64,000 nucleotides of DNA. Source: a virus. Its lineage: Duplodnaviria; Caudoviricetes. The position numbers were made by a program, and so were the translations under genes. The notes beneath the pieces were generated by a model. It was not told the DNA's origin. It worked only from the letters and a program-made list of their open reading frames with translations, and did no database searches. The stretch is from the IMG/VR virus record IMGVR_UViG_2595698621_000001, positions 1-64,000 of that record; one strand, written 5' to 3'. Below are positions 7,811 to 17,853 of this stretch, piece by piece. Each line of letters starts with the position of its first letter. Within the stretch, counting starts at the first letter, position 1.

Positions 7811-10751
7811 AAATTCACAGAACCTAGCGAACCTTTCGCCCGAAGATGTGGTACTGCCCGCGAAACGATACGATTCTCCGACTCTCGAGGAGCGGATGAG
7901 CGAGAATGCCTACAACAACATTCTCCCCGCTCGCTATCAGATGAAGGATGAGACAGGAGAAATCGTCGAAGAACAAGAGGACGTTTTCGAGAGGGTGGCG
8001 GAGAACATCGCTCTCGGCGACGTGCCTCATATGCCCGGGATTATCGAGGTAGGTCCCAGCGAGTTCCGACCTGAGTTCCTCGATGAGTTCCCCGACGGCG
8101 AGACGCAGGTCGAGGTCACTGAGGACAACGTGAAGTATCTCGACTACGAAAGCGTCTCCGAGGTTCTCGCACCTGAAGCGCGACGTGACCTCGAGTCCAC
8201 GAAGGACGAATTCCAGGACTTGATGGAGCGACTCGCGTTCATCCCGAACACTCCGACTCTCATCAACGCTGGCGACGAGCTTCAGCAGCTCTCCGCGTGT
8301 TTCGTCAATTCTCCCGAAGACGATATGGAGTCGATTCACGACACCGCGAAGGAAGCGGCGCTCACGTTCCAGTCAGGAGGTGGGATGGGATACGCCTTCT
8401 CTCGACTGCGTCCCTACGGTGACGCTGTGGGTTCGACGGGCGGCATCGCTTCGGGTCCTATCACGTTTATGCGTACCTACGACCAGATGTGTAAGACCAT
8501 CGCTCAGGGTGGTACGCGGCGTGGTGCGCAGATGGGTGTTATGTCGGTAGACCACCCAGACATCATCCAATTTATCCACGCCAAGAACAAGGACGTGAGC
8601 CTCGCGCTTTCGCTGGGTCTCAACGACCCGAAGGACCCGACAAACACCTCCTTCACTGAGGCGCTCGACGAAGCGCGTGGCCTCATCGAGGACGGGAAGG
8701 TTCCGAACTTCCTTCGGAATGCCATCGAGCAGCATCTCTCGAACTTCAACATCTCGGTCGGTGTCACGCACCGGTTTATGGAGGCGCTCGAGGCGGGTGA
8801 GGACTACACGTTCATCAACCCGCGCACCGACGAGCCTCACGTCGCCAGTCAAGAGACGAAGGAACTCTGGTCTCGCTACGACCTCGGACACCACGTCAGC
8901 GTCGGAGAACCGCTGTCTGTCCCCGCGGAGGATGTGTGGGACCATATCGTCGAAGGCGCGTATGAAAACGGAGAGCCCGGTGTTATCTTCCTGGACGAAG
9001 TCAACGACGAGCACTCCTTCGACGTGGACGAGCATCCGGAGCACGAGATTATCGCCACGAACCCCTGCGGCGAGCAACCTCTCGAGGAGTACGAGGCCTG
9101 CAACCTCGCTCATATCAACCTCTCGACCGTCGTTACCGAAGGTGCGCCTGACTGGCGCGAGGTTCGTCCGGAGTATCTCGAAGGCACAGAGGACGAGTGG
9201 ATGGACGAAGAACTCGAGCGTCACGTTCGAGAATTCCTGGACGACGCTATCGACTGGGAAGCGTTCGACCGTCGTATCTACTCGGGCACTCACTTCCTCG
9301 ACAACGTGGTGACGATGAGCGACTTCCCGATTCCAGAAATCGAGGAGACGGTGTCGTCGCTCAGGAAAGTCGGGCTCGGGATTATGGGCTACGCGCAGAT
9401 GCTCGTTCAAATCGGTGTGCCATACGGCACGCCTGCGGGGAACGAAGTGGCGCGTCAGCTTATGCAGTACATCAATCACGAGAGCAAGGCAGAATCTCAT
9501 CATCTCGCTGATGACCGAGGTGCGTTCGACGAGTACGAGAAGTCGAAGTACGCGAACCCGACTCAGTATCCTGAGTGGTTCGAGTCTCACGTCGGTCTCG
9601 ACCCGAGTGACTGGGAAGACGGATTCGAGGTTCGGAATCACAACACGACGACCATCGCTCCTACGGGCACCACGTCGATGCTCGGAAACACGTCGGGCGG
9701 GTGTGAGCCCATCTACTCTGTGGCGAACCTCAAGAACGTGTCTCAGGACATCCAGGGCGAGGACGAGCTCGTTCAATTCGACGACTACTTCCTGCGCGTT
9801 CTCGAGGCGAACGGAGTCAACGTGGAGAAGACGAAGAAGGAGGCATACGAGCTTCTGATGAGCGAGGACGGGTTCGACGGTGCTCACCAACTCAGCACTG
9901 TGCCCGACGCCATCGCCGACCTCTTCGTGACGACGAGCGACCTCTCTGGACGCGAGCACGCGAGTGTTCAGTGCGCGTTCCAGGAAGGAGTCGACTCGGC
10001 CATCTCGAAGACGGTCAACTTCCCATCGACCGCGTCACGCGAGGACGTGCGTGAGGTGTACGAGTACATCCACGCGAACGGCGGGAAGGGCGTGACCGTG
10101 TATGTTGACGGAACCCGGTCGAAACAGGTTCTCTCTACGTCGTCGAACAAGGCCGATACAGAGGACACGGATGACGAGGAACCCGAGAGCGCGTCATCTG
10201 ACGACGCTCAGACGCCTCGGCCTCGCCCGCGACCCGACGTTCTCGACTCGACGGTGTACCCGGTCAACACGGGATATGGCGAGCTTAACGTCTTCGTCAA
10301 CGAGGACAACGCCGGCGACCCGTTCGAGGTGTTCGCAGAAATCGGGAAGTCGGGTGGGTTCACTCACTCGTTCACCGAGGCAGTCGGACGTCTCGTGTCT
10401 CTCGCACTGCGTAGCGGTATCCCGCCCGAAGAAGTCATCGACCAGCTCGATGGCATCCGCTCACCGAAGACGGGCTGGAACACGGGCGGTCAGCAGATTC
10501 AGTCGATTCCGGACGCTGTCGCGCACGCACTGAAGCAACACGACGAAGGAGGGGACGATTCTCTCGACTCTGACCCGGGGGTTGAGGCGGGTGAAACCGC
10601 ACTCCCTAACGGTGGGCAGCAGGAGACAGCGGGTAGCACGACTGCACTCGAGAATGGCGAGTCGCCTGAGTGTCAGGACTGCGGGTCGATGTCTCTCAAC
10701 TACTCCGAAGGCTGTAAGACGTGCGAAGCGTGCGGCTGGAGCGAGTGCTAA
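7803..10751 (+). CDS. nrdJ: class II (B12-dependent) ribonucleotide reductase with TSCPD-like domain and C-terminal Zn ribbon
   Basis: PNTPTLINAG, LSACF, GGGMG, RRGAQM, TNPCGEQ, TIAPTGT, SAISKTVN; C-terminal CxxC..EGCKTCEACGWSEC. Confidence 0.95.
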   Translation: MTENSQNLANLSPEDVVLPAKRYDSPTLEERMSENAYNNILPARYQMKDETGEIVEEQEDVFERVAENIALGDVPHMPGIIEVGPSEFRPEFLDEFPDGETQVEVTEDNVKYLDYESVSEVLAPEARRDLESTKDEFQDLMERLAFIPNTPTLINAGDELQQLSACFVNSPEDDMESIHDTAKEAALTFQSGGGMGYAFSRLRPYGDAVGSTGGIASGPITFMRTYDQMCKTIAQGGTRRGAQMGVMSVDHPDIIQFIHAKNKDVSLALSLGLNDPKDPTNTSFTEALDEARGLIEDGKVPNFLRNAIEQHLSNFNISVGVTHRFMEALEAGEDYTFINPRTDEPHVASQETKELWSRYDLGHHVSVGEPLSVPAEDVWDHIVEGAYENGEPGVIFLDEVNDEHSFDVDEHPEHEIIATNPCGEQPLEEYEACNLAHINLSTVVTEGAPDWREVRPEYLEGTEDEWMDEELERHVREFLDDAIDWEAFDRRIYSGTHFLDNVVTMSDFPIPEIEETVSSLRKVGLGIMGYAQMLVQIGVPYGTPAGNEVARQLMQYINHESKAESHHLADDRGAFDEYEKSKYANPTQYPEWFESHVGLDPSDWEDGFEVRNHNTTTIAPTGTTSMLGNTSGGCEPIYSVANLKNVSQDIQGEDELVQFDDYFLRVLEANGVNVEKTKKEAYELLMSEDGFDGAHQLSTVPDAIADLFVTTSDLSGREHASVQCAFQEGVDSAISKTVNFPSTASREDVREVYEYIHANGGKGVTVYVDGTRSKQVLSTSSNKADTEDTDDEEPESASSDDAQTPRPRPRPDVLDSTVYPVNTGYGELNVFVNEDNAGDPFEVFAEIGKSGGFTHSFTEAVGRLVSLALRSGIPPEEVIDQLDGIRSPKTGWNTGGQQIQSIPDAVAHALKQHDEGGDDSLDSDPGVEAGETALPNGGQQETAGSTTALENGESPECQDCGSMSLNYSEGCKTCEACGWSEC

Positions 10752-10798
10752 TCTGACGTAGCCCGAATCTTTTTGCTGACCGGTTGTTGTTTCGTGAT

Positions 10799-11338
10799 AT
10801 GGACCCGCAACTCGAAAGTGCAGTGTCCCGGTTCATCGGGAAAGAGGACGGCGACCTTCCCGACGCCGCGGCTGATAACGACGACGTAGAGGATACTCCT
10901 CGAGACATCGAGCACGAACAGATTTACTATCTCCTCGCTGACGCCTATCCGGACAAGTTCGAGGACGCGGAGCACGCGAGAGAGCTGATACACGACGCGC
11001 TCGGAATCGAGAGCGAAGAGAAGGACGAAGACCCGTGCTGGGACGGGTATGAGCAGCAGGGGATGAAAGAAGGCGACGACGGCGAGCCTGTCCCCAACTG
11101 CGTCCCGAAGGACGATGGTGACGAGAAGGGAATCGACCAAGAGGACGCGAACGAGGAAGACGACGACTTCAACCCTGGCAACACGCCCGACAATCTCGAC
11201 CAGCATCCTCACGACGAGGCTGAGTGGCAGGAGGACTACAACCGAGACCTGCAAGATAAGACCTGTGACCACACAGACCACCGAGGACGCGCACTCGATG
11301 AGGAGGAGTGTCCGTGGTGCGGTGGTGATGAAGGATGA
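10799..11338 (+). CDS. acidic protein with PCWDGY..GMK..VPNCVP motif
   Basis: Motif seen in many tailed-phage proteins; C-terminal CPWCG. Confidence 0.7.
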   Translation: MDPQLESAVSRFIGKEDGDLPDAAADNDDVEDTPRDIEHEQIYYLLADAYPDKFEDAEHARELIHDALGIESEEKDEDPCWDGYEQQGMKEGDDGEPVPNCVPKDDGDEKGIDQEDANEEDDDFNPGNTPDNLDQHPHDEAEWQEDYNRDLQDKTCDHTDHRGRALDEEECPWCGGDEG

Positions 11339-11721
11339 GCGTCCCAGACGACGCAGACGACCTGCCTGACGGCGAAGGAATCCAGGAGTCGGCGGACAGC
11401 CTCGAGGAGATGGACGACGAAGTCACGACGGGTCTGAGGACGTATGCGCGTACATACGTCACAGGACTGTTCGTGGTCCTCGTCCTCGGCTTCGCCGCCG
11501 CTGTCTACTTCGACTTCATCTCGTTCTCTCTCAACCTGACGGCGGACGTGTCGGTCGGTTACCTGGTCGAGTATCTCGCTATCGCCATCGTCGTTCTGTT
11601 CGTCTTCTTTACGGCAGCGATGGTTCTGATAGCGATTCCTGCCTCGTTCACTGCGGCAATCGTCAGATTCGCCGGTGGAATCGTTGAGGCCGGCCAGTCG
11701 GAGGACGACGACGAGAGCTGA
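11335..11721 (+). CDS. membrane protein
   Basis: Two to three hydrophobic helices; ATGA coupling. Confidence 0.7.
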   Translation: MSVPDDADDLPDGEGIQESADSLEEMDDEVTTGLRTYARTYVTGLFVVLVLGFAAAVYFDFISFSLNLTADVSVGYLVEYLAIAIVVLFVFFTAAMVLIAIPASFTAAIVRFAGGIVEAGQSEDDDES

Positions 11722-11795
11722 AGCGCAACTGACTACTTTCACCCCGGTGATTAGACGGTCTCTCTGTTTCTCTGGTGCGTCTCTGTGTAGTTAGG

Positions 11796-11868
11796 TTTTA
11801 CTTTCACTCCGGTACGAGAATTTATGGTACCGGGGCGTGTACGACTACGTGGAGGTCGAAGAGAAATG
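11796..11868 (+). promoter_or_regulatory. repeated early promoter/leader cassette copy
   Basis: ACTTTCAC 11800-11807 (second box 11735-11742), TTTATGGTAC, GTGTAC, GGAGG, GAGAAATG. Confidence 0.85.
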
Positions 11869-13005
11869 GCAGACGACGCAAACGACGACGCTCGGATGAA
11901 CAGCAACGTGGAAATCAACTCGGTCCCGCTTGACGCGGTGTCCGACGCAGGCGAGGACGCGGAGGTTCTCGGATTCGCGGTTATGTCAACGACGGGCGAG
12001 CTGGTCGTCCCTCGTGAGTGGTTGCAGGAGCAGTGGGAGCAGTACGACCTGCCCGACGAGATTTTCCCGAGTGAGACGTGGGCCTCGTCCGCGTACAAGC
12101 GGTCGATGTTCCACCTCCTCGACAACGGTCAGGACGAGCAGGTTATGAAGACCGACGCAGGCAAACAGAAGGTCTCGCTCGACGTGAAGGACGGCGCGGG
12201 CAATCAGCGCCACGTCCTGGCGAACACCTGGTTCAGCGCCGACCACCCGAAGGCCGACCAGTTGGAAATCGACGAGTCGGGTGAGTGGCGCCAGGCGACG
12301 CTCGGCATCACCAACTACGACGCTGAGAGTCAGAAGCCTGTCCTGACGCAGGCCATCGACGACGCGCACCCGCTCGCCGACATCTGGGAACAGCTCGAGT
12401 CGCGTATCCGCGAGTTGTACGACACCCACAAGGTGTCTCACAACGGCGACGATATGCGAGACGTCCTGTACGACTTCACGCGCTACTACAGTGACAGTAT
12501 CCCGCTGCGCGACGGCGGTGCGGTGTACTTCGTCCCTGCGAACGACAAGGACACCATCGAGGCCCTCGCCGAGATTTGGGACAAGATGGACGACGAGTTC
12601 AAGCTGCGCGGTCGTGAGACCGAGATTCAGACGATTCCGGTCGTCTCCGACACGGAGCGCAAGGAGCTCGTCGAGAAGCGCGCTATGAAGGTCGTCCGCG
12701 ACGAGGTTGACCGCGTCCTGGAGGACGCCTTCGACGACCTCGAAGACCCGGACGACGAGACGCCCGAGGACGAGATTGTCTCGACCATCGAGAAGGCGCT
12801 CGGCGACCACGCGCAGACGGCGGACGTCTACAACTCGCTCGTGGACGCACGTATCGAGATTCGTGACGTGCTCCAGGACTTCGCGTCCGACATCTCGAGC
12901 GAGGCGCGTCAGGACCTCATCGAGAGCACGCTCGAACGCCTGAGCGACGAGGACGTGGTGACTGACGGCGGACAGGAACGCGACGAGAACGGTCGCTTCG
13001 CCTGA
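11866..13005 (+). CDS. DUF6744/DUF3150-like helical protein
   Basis: PLRDGGAVYFVP motif; strong codon bias. Confidence 0.6.
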   Translation: MADDANDDARMNSNVEINSVPLDAVSDAGEDAEVLGFAVMSTTGELVVPREWLQEQWEQYDLPDEIFPSETWASSAYKRSMFHLLDNGQDEQVMKTDAGKQKVSLDVKDGAGNQRHVLANTWFSADHPKADQLEIDESGEWRQATLGITNYDAESQKPVLTQAIDDAHPLADIWEQLESRIRELYDTHKVSHNGDDMRDVLYDFTRYYSDSIPLRDGGAVYFVPANDKDTIEALAEIWDKMDDEFKLRGRETEIQTIPVVSDTERKELVEKRAMKVVRDEVDRVLEDAFDDLEDPDDETPEDEIVSTIEKALGDHAQTADVYNSLVDARIEIRDVLQDFASDISSEARQDLIESTLERLSDEDVVTDGGQERDENGRFA

Positions 13006-13020
13006 AGCGACTCGTTCCTC

Positions 13021-13087
13021 CTTCGTCGGGCACGCCCCGCAGAAGTGCCCCTGACGATGACTGGATTCGGGCCCGGTCGAAACGAGG
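13021..13087 (+). ncRNA. hammerhead ribozyme, type III
   Basis: GUC cleavage triplet 13025-27; stem I GGGCAC/GUGCCC; CUGACGA core 13051-57; stem II GACUGG/CCGGUC; GAAA 13079-82; stem III CUUCGU/ACGAGG; complementary loops GCCC/GGGC. Confidence 0.85.
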
Positions 13088-13122
13088 AAACCGATGAAGG
13101 CAAAAACTGAGGTGTGAACCCT

Positions 13123-14388
13123 ATGGGAAGCGGAATGGGTGCCCCCGACGAAGAAATGAATCGTCGGCAGGTGCTCCAGAAGCGACGTATCGACCAGATG
13201 GCAGACGGTACCGCCGTCGGCGGGAGCAGTCCCGACGGTGACGGCAAGGTATCGACATCTGACGCGAGCGCGGACGAGATGCTCGCACACTACAAAGGAA
13301 ACAAGGACGACACGACGATGACCAAGGAAAAACAGAAACTCAAGTCACCGCGGTACAGCGACGTTCCAGCATACACTCTCGAGACGCTCGATATGGACAC
13401 TCTCCGGGACGAGGTGTTCCAGGCGCTCGACTTCAACGAGTCCGAACGGCAGGCAGCAGGCGCTATCGCAAAGAACGACGTCTCGGATATGACGCAGGCG
13501 CAGATAGCGGACCTCGCCGGTGTCAGTGCGTCAACGGTCGGAAACACCATCCAGAAACTCGAGACGCGCAAGAACCCGACCTCGAACCAGCGTGAGATTC
13601 TGAAGTTCGCACGCGAGAACCCAGACCTGACGCCGACGGAAATCGGCAACGAGCTCGACAAGAAGACGACGAACGTGAAGCGCGCGCTCATCCCGTATCG
13701 GCACGAGCGTATCGTCTGCGAAGTCGAGGTTGACGACACGACCGAAGAGACGCAAGAGACGACCGACGAGACGAAAGACGACGACGGACAGGATGTCTCG
13801 CACCGCGACGACAAGGGCGAAGAGAGCGACGTGTCTGACGCGGTAGAGAAGGACCTCGCAGGAGGCGACGTGACCTACAAGTACGACACCGATTCCTCGA
13901 AGCCCGAGACGCGAGGTGGGAAGGAGCTCACGAAGTCGGCCATCACCGGTGTCACCGACCTCCTCGATATCTTCCGCGAGCAAGAGCGTCGGTTGCAGGA
14001 AGTCGAAGCGCGTGACCCTGAGCAGGTCCCGCAGTCGCTGAACGGACGAGTCGCCTCGCTCGAGACGCAGGTCGAAGGCGTGCAGAGTGTCGCCGATAGA
14101 ATCGAGAACCAACAACTCGAGCTTGAGCGTCACGTCGAGGACCTCCAGGAACAGTGCGAAGACGTTGCCGACGCCGCAGACCTCGACCTCGAGGACACGA
14201 CGCTCGGGCAAAAGGTCGAACGTATCCAGGACTCGCTATCGTCGCACAAGCGGGCCATCGAGGACTTGCGCGAGAGCGACACGGACGGTAGCACGTCGTT
14301 CTCGACGGAAGAGAAGCGGAAAGTCATCGTCTCGCTCGCGCAGAACGGAGAAGACGACCTCATCGACCGCGTCCTCGAGGAGATGTAA
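13123..14388 (+). CDS. double-HTH plus coiled-coil protein (putative regulator)
   Basis: TQAQIADLAGVSASTV and TPTEIGNEL HTH motifs, heptad coiled coil; SD GAGGTG upstream. Confidence 0.7.
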   Translation: MGSGMGAPDEEMNRRQVLQKRRIDQMADGTAVGGSSPDGDGKVSTSDASADEMLAHYKGNKDDTTMTKEKQKLKSPRYSDVPAYTLETLDMDTLRDEVFQALDFNESERQAAGAIAKNDVSDMTQAQIADLAGVSASTVGNTIQKLETRKNPTSNQREILKFARENPDLTPTEIGNELDKKTTNVKRALIPYRHERIVCEVEVDDTTEETQETTDETKDDDGQDVSHRDDKGEESDVSDAVEKDLAGGDVTYKYDTDSSKPETRGGKELTKSAITGVTDLLDIFREQERRLQEVEARDPEQVPQSLNGRVASLETQVEGVQSVADRIENQQLELERHVEDLQEQCEDVADAADLDLEDTTLGQKVERIQDSLSSHKRAIEDLRESDTDGSTSFSTEEKRKVIVSLAQNGEDDLIDRVLEEM

Positions 14389-14525
14389 CAGGCGCGGTCT
14401 AAGTAGTCTTTCGGCGGTACAGGCGTTCAACTCACTATTCTCGACGGGTCGTAGGACACTTTCACTTAGGTACGCACTTTTATGGTACGTCCTCGTGTAC
14501 GATTGAGTGCGGAGGAAGAAAAGAT

Positions 14526-14936
14526 ATGAGCGACAACACGCAGAGGGTCGAAGTGTTCCAGCCGCGTAGTACCGAGCAGTTCTACAACCGCGAGGACGAC
14601 GAAGTCCTCAACGAGGAGATGTTCAACCTCATCCGCGACCTGCGCAGCGGTTTCATCGAGGCAGAGGACCTCGACTTCGAGACGTTCGGTCGTGCGTACA
14701 GCCTGGTCGGTGTCGAGACCGTCGAGGACGCGAACGTTCCCGAGGACGAGCTCCTCGCGCACGTCTTCGAGACCTGGCAGAACGCGCCTCAGACCGACAC
14801 GAGCGACAATTTCCGCGAGTCGAACGACCAGCAGCGTGCGACCTCGCTGAGCACCGGAGACATCGTTCGCGTTGACGGCACCGCGTACCTGTGCGAGAGC
14901 GTCGGGTGGAGCGAGCTCGAGGAGGTGTCCGTCTGA
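14526..14936 (+). CDS. YodL-like protein
   Basis: SLSTGDIVRVDGTAYLCESVGW resembles the YodL signature; preceded by cassette (ACTTTCAC 14458-14465). Confidence 0.6.
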   Translation: MSDNTQRVEVFQPRSTEQFYNREDDEVLNEEMFNLIRDLRSGFIEAEDLDFETFGRAYSLVGVETVEDANVPEDELLAHVFETWQNAPQTDTSDNFRESNDQQRATSLSTGDIVRVDGTAYLCESVGWSELEEVSV

Positions 14937-15073
14937 TGTCTCTCGAAGCGTTCGAGTACGAGGGCGACGACGAGACGATGCCGTCCGATATGGACGGGTG
15001 GTTCGAGGTGTTCGACGCCGACGAGGCGAAGGCGTGGGTCGCCTCCGATACCACCGTGGAGGTCCGTCGATGA
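14936..15073 (+). CDS. small haloarchaeal-type protein
   Basis: TGATG coupling; FD....AWVASD motif. Confidence 0.55.
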   Translation: MSLEAFEYEGDDETMPSDMDGWFEVFDADEAKAWVASDTTVEVRR

Positions 15074-15312
15074 GCGACCTCCGGCACCTGACCTACGCGC
15101 CTGCGAGCGACGGAATTCACGTCTGGGAGGTGCTTCGGCACACCACCGAGTACCTCTTCTGCGTGGACGAGGTCTGTGACGGCGAGAACTGTGTCACCGC
15201 TGACGACCTCGACGAGGAGCGCGAGGTGTCGGTCGAGGATACTCGTGTCGAGCGGAAGGGCGTCGTCACTCTGTACCTCGAGGGCGTCGCGTCTGAGCTC
15301 GACGACGAGTAA
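15070..15312 (+). CDS. hypothetical protein
   Basis: ATGA-coupled acidic ORF. Confidence 0.6.
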   Translation: MSDLRHLTYAPASDGIHVWEVLRHTTEYLFCVDEVCDGENCVTADDLDEEREVSVEDTRVERKGVVTLYLEGVASELDDE

Positions 15313-15396
15313 CTCCTTCTCGCGGCCACGTCTCGGTAGATTCTGTCCGTCCCTCGTATTGATTGCTGGACACCTCTGAATTACCAGTAAGGACAT

Positions 15397-16626
15397 ATGT
15401 CCGACTACGACCTTACTGACCGTCAGAAAGAACTCGTATCGTACCTCACATCCGGCGGCGCTTCGGCTGATTCTCTCGCCGGTCGTATGAACCTCACCCA
15501 ATCCGGAGTCAAGTCACTTATCGGACGAACGCGAGACTCGGGCGTGACGATACGCTATGACCGCGAGGCACAAGTGTATCATCTCGTCGATGAACCCGAA
15601 GCACGTCGTCTCTCGACGAAAGCGAAGGGGACAATAACGAGAGAGGCGAACGAGTTTCGCTCACAACAGGAGGACGCTGTTCTTCGGAGGCTTCGTGGTA
15701 AAGAACCGCTCGTTGCTCAGCAGAAAACCGAACCCTCGAACGAAGATATGGTCGTCGCGCTCGGTGACGTGCATATCGGAGACGTGGTCGAGGACGAGCG
15801 AGGCCAGGAAGTCTACAATCCCAGAATTGCCGCCGCTTCGGTGCAACACGTCACGCAGAAGGCGCTCAACCTGAAGCGATTCCAAGAAGCGCTGGTCGAC
15901 TTCGACAACTGCCACCTCGTCTGGGTGGGTGATATGCTGACCGGCGAGGGGATTTACGACGGTCAGGCATACGACACGAAGCTCCAGCTCGCAGACCAAC
16001 TCTCACTCACCATCGAGGTGCTTATGCAGCAGGCAGAATCGTTCGCTCGAGAGTTCGACACTCTGCATATCACCGCCGTTCCTGGGAATCACGGGAAGAT
16101 TCGCTCGTCGTACACGAGCGGGCAGGCAAATATGGACCTCGTCGCGTATCGCTGGGTCGCTGACCGTCTCCTCGACAGGGGGCACGAGAACATCAACTTC
16201 AACGTAGGAGAGGCGCGTCACTACAGGAATCACCCACTGCGTGACGGTGAGTGGAATCTGCACGTCCGGCACGGACACGACGAGCAGATTCACGTCGATG
16301 CCACTGCTCGCTCTCAGGCAGACGCACGCGGGATGGTTCACAAGCACGGACTGGACGGAATCGTTCGAGGTCACCACCACACTCATCGAGAAGAAGATAT
16401 CCTCAACGAGTATCCGTGTATCACCGTCCCGTCACCGAAGCCAGGTAGTGAGTTTGCGGAGAGAATCGGGCGTCCTGACTGCTCGACGAAACGCAAGCTC
16501 GGCGTCACCTGGCGCGTGTCGGATGAACGGTTCAAGACAGGAGAGTATGTGGTCGACGACATAGACCTCGATATGGACGAGCTCGACACTCCGACCATCG
16601 AGGAAATCCGGTCGAGGGCCATCTAA
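15397..16626 (+). CDS. wHTH plus calcineurin-like metallophosphoesterase
   Basis: GDVHIG, VGD, PGNHG, HGH, GHHH motifs; N-terminal HTH. Confidence 0.85.
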   Translation: MSDYDLTDRQKELVSYLTSGGASADSLAGRMNLTQSGVKSLIGRTRDSGVTIRYDREAQVYHLVDEPEARRLSTKAKGTITREANEFRSQQEDAVLRRLRGKEPLVAQQKTEPSNEDMVVALGDVHIGDVVEDERGQEVYNPRIAAASVQHVTQKALNLKRFQEALVDFDNCHLVWVGDMLTGEGIYDGQAYDTKLQLADQLSLTIEVLMQQAESFAREFDTLHITAVPGNHGKIRSSYTSGQANMDLVAYRWVADRLLDRGHENINFNVGEARHYRNHPLRDGEWNLHVRHGHDEQIHVDATARSQADARGMVHKHGLDGIVRGHHHTHREEDILNEYPCITVPSPKPGSEFAERIGRPDCSTKRKLGVTWRVSDERFKTGEYVVDDIDLDMDELDTPTIEEIRSRAI

Positions 16627-16631
16627 GAGGT

Positions 16632-17000
16632 ATGTTCCCACAGGTCCAAGAGTTCAGTGCAGGATACTACATCCTGTCACCGATGTATGTCGAGCCTCAC
16701 GACGTAGAGACGCCTCGCGTCAACGACCGTCTGTACCAATTCCTTCAGTCAGAGATACTCGATGGGTTCGAGCGAGTCATCCTGAAGTGCGAGGCGCGAG
16801 TGTTCGAGGTCGAGCCTTCGCGGGCTATCTCTCCTGAAACGTTAGCAGCACCTGGCGACTTCGTCCGAGGTGACCTCGATATGGACGCCGCACCTGAAGA
16901 AGTGACTACGTTCGTCGCAAAGGGAGACATCGCTGAGAAGATACTCGGGATTCCCGATGACCGCCGCGTTCGCCTTCTCGAGTACGAGGATGAGGAATAG
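16632..17000 (+). CDS. DUF5802-like protein
   Basis: N-terminal EFSAGYY...YVEP resembles haloarchaeal DUF5802. Confidence 0.55.
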   Translation: MFPQVQEFSAGYYILSPMYVEPHDVETPRVNDRLYQFLQSEILDGFERVILKCEARVFEVEPSRAISPETLAAPGDFVRGDLDMDAAPEEVTTFVAKGDIAEKILGIPDDRRVRLLEYEDEE

Positions 17001-17040
17001 AGTCGTCGTCTCCGAACGTGCTTCGGTGCTCTCTCGGTTC

Positions 17041-17637
17041 CTACCTCAGGTCGGGTCCATCAAGGGTGAAGACCTTCTCGACCTCAGCGAGTGAGCTGAC
17101 GCGGTAGACGTTGTCGCGTTCTTCGACGTGTTGATTCCACGGCTGGTCGAACAAGAACAGCGTGTCGTCCTCGTCGATACGGTCAGCGAGGTGAGGCTTG
17201 TCGTCGATATAGTAGTCGTAGTCGAGGTCTGCCTTCGACTTTCCTGGCTCCACGGAATGAAACTCGCTAATGTGCGGGAGGATATGTTTCATCTCGAGCC
17301 ACTTCCTCATCTCGACCTCGACACCCTGACGTGCAGTCACGACGTGGACGATGAGCTTCTCAGAAATCGACGCTACGGACTCGAATTGAATCTCCTCTCG
17401 CTCAACGCTCGGCATCGTCCTCCACGTCTTCGACCAGGCCTCGTGTACGATTTCCATAAACTCTTCGTAGTCACGCCCATCCTGGTCAACCCAATCCCAG
17501 TCATCGACTTCGTCGTAAGAATAGTCAGTCCCGTGTCTTCCGTTCAGGGCGGCGATGTAAACGCCGTGCGTGTCAGCGAGGACACTCTCCATATCCAGTG
17601 CGACCTTCGGTGGTTGGTATTTCTCAGTAACGCTCAT
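17041..17637 (-). CDS. 5'(3')-deoxyribonucleotidase, HAD family
   Basis: ALDMESVLAD, VTAR, K..YIDDKP, FDQPWN. Confidence 0.8.
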   Translation of the reverse strand: MSVTEKYQPPKVALDMESVLADTHGVYIAALNGRHGTDYSYDEVDDWDWVDQDGRDYEEFMEIVHEAWSKTWRTMPSVEREEIQFESVASISEKLIVHVVTARQGVEVEMRKWLEMKHILPHISEFHSVEPGKSKADLDYDYYIDDKPHLADRIDEDDTLFLFDQPWNQHVEERDNVYRVSSLAEVEKVFTLDGPDLR

Positions 17638-17843
17638 AGCAGAACCTCGTCGTATGCCTCTTTCTTCGTCGGAACTGTCGTATCGCACGCTTCCTCTATC
17701 TCCTCGACTCTGGGACCCGTCCATCCTGTCTCGATATGACCGCACCTGAGACAGATTTTGTCTGCTTGAACGTGCCCCTCGTTGTTCGCGTACTCGTCGG
17801 TGTACTCGTACAGATGGCCGAAGATTCGACAGAGTAATCTCAT
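17634..17843 (-). CDS. small Zn-binding protein (DUF1660-like)
   Basis: LLCRIFGH..CLRCG. Confidence 0.55.
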   Translation of the reverse strand: MRLLCRIFGHLYEYTDEYANNEGHVQADKICLRCGHIETGWTGPRVEEIEEACDTTVPTKKEAYDEVLL

Positions 17844-17853
17844 TTTGGTTACC

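Noticed and set aside
12975-13005. C-terminal RDENGRF motif similar to phage RDxxGRF repeats
   Set aside because: Single short occurrence, too little to support a claim.
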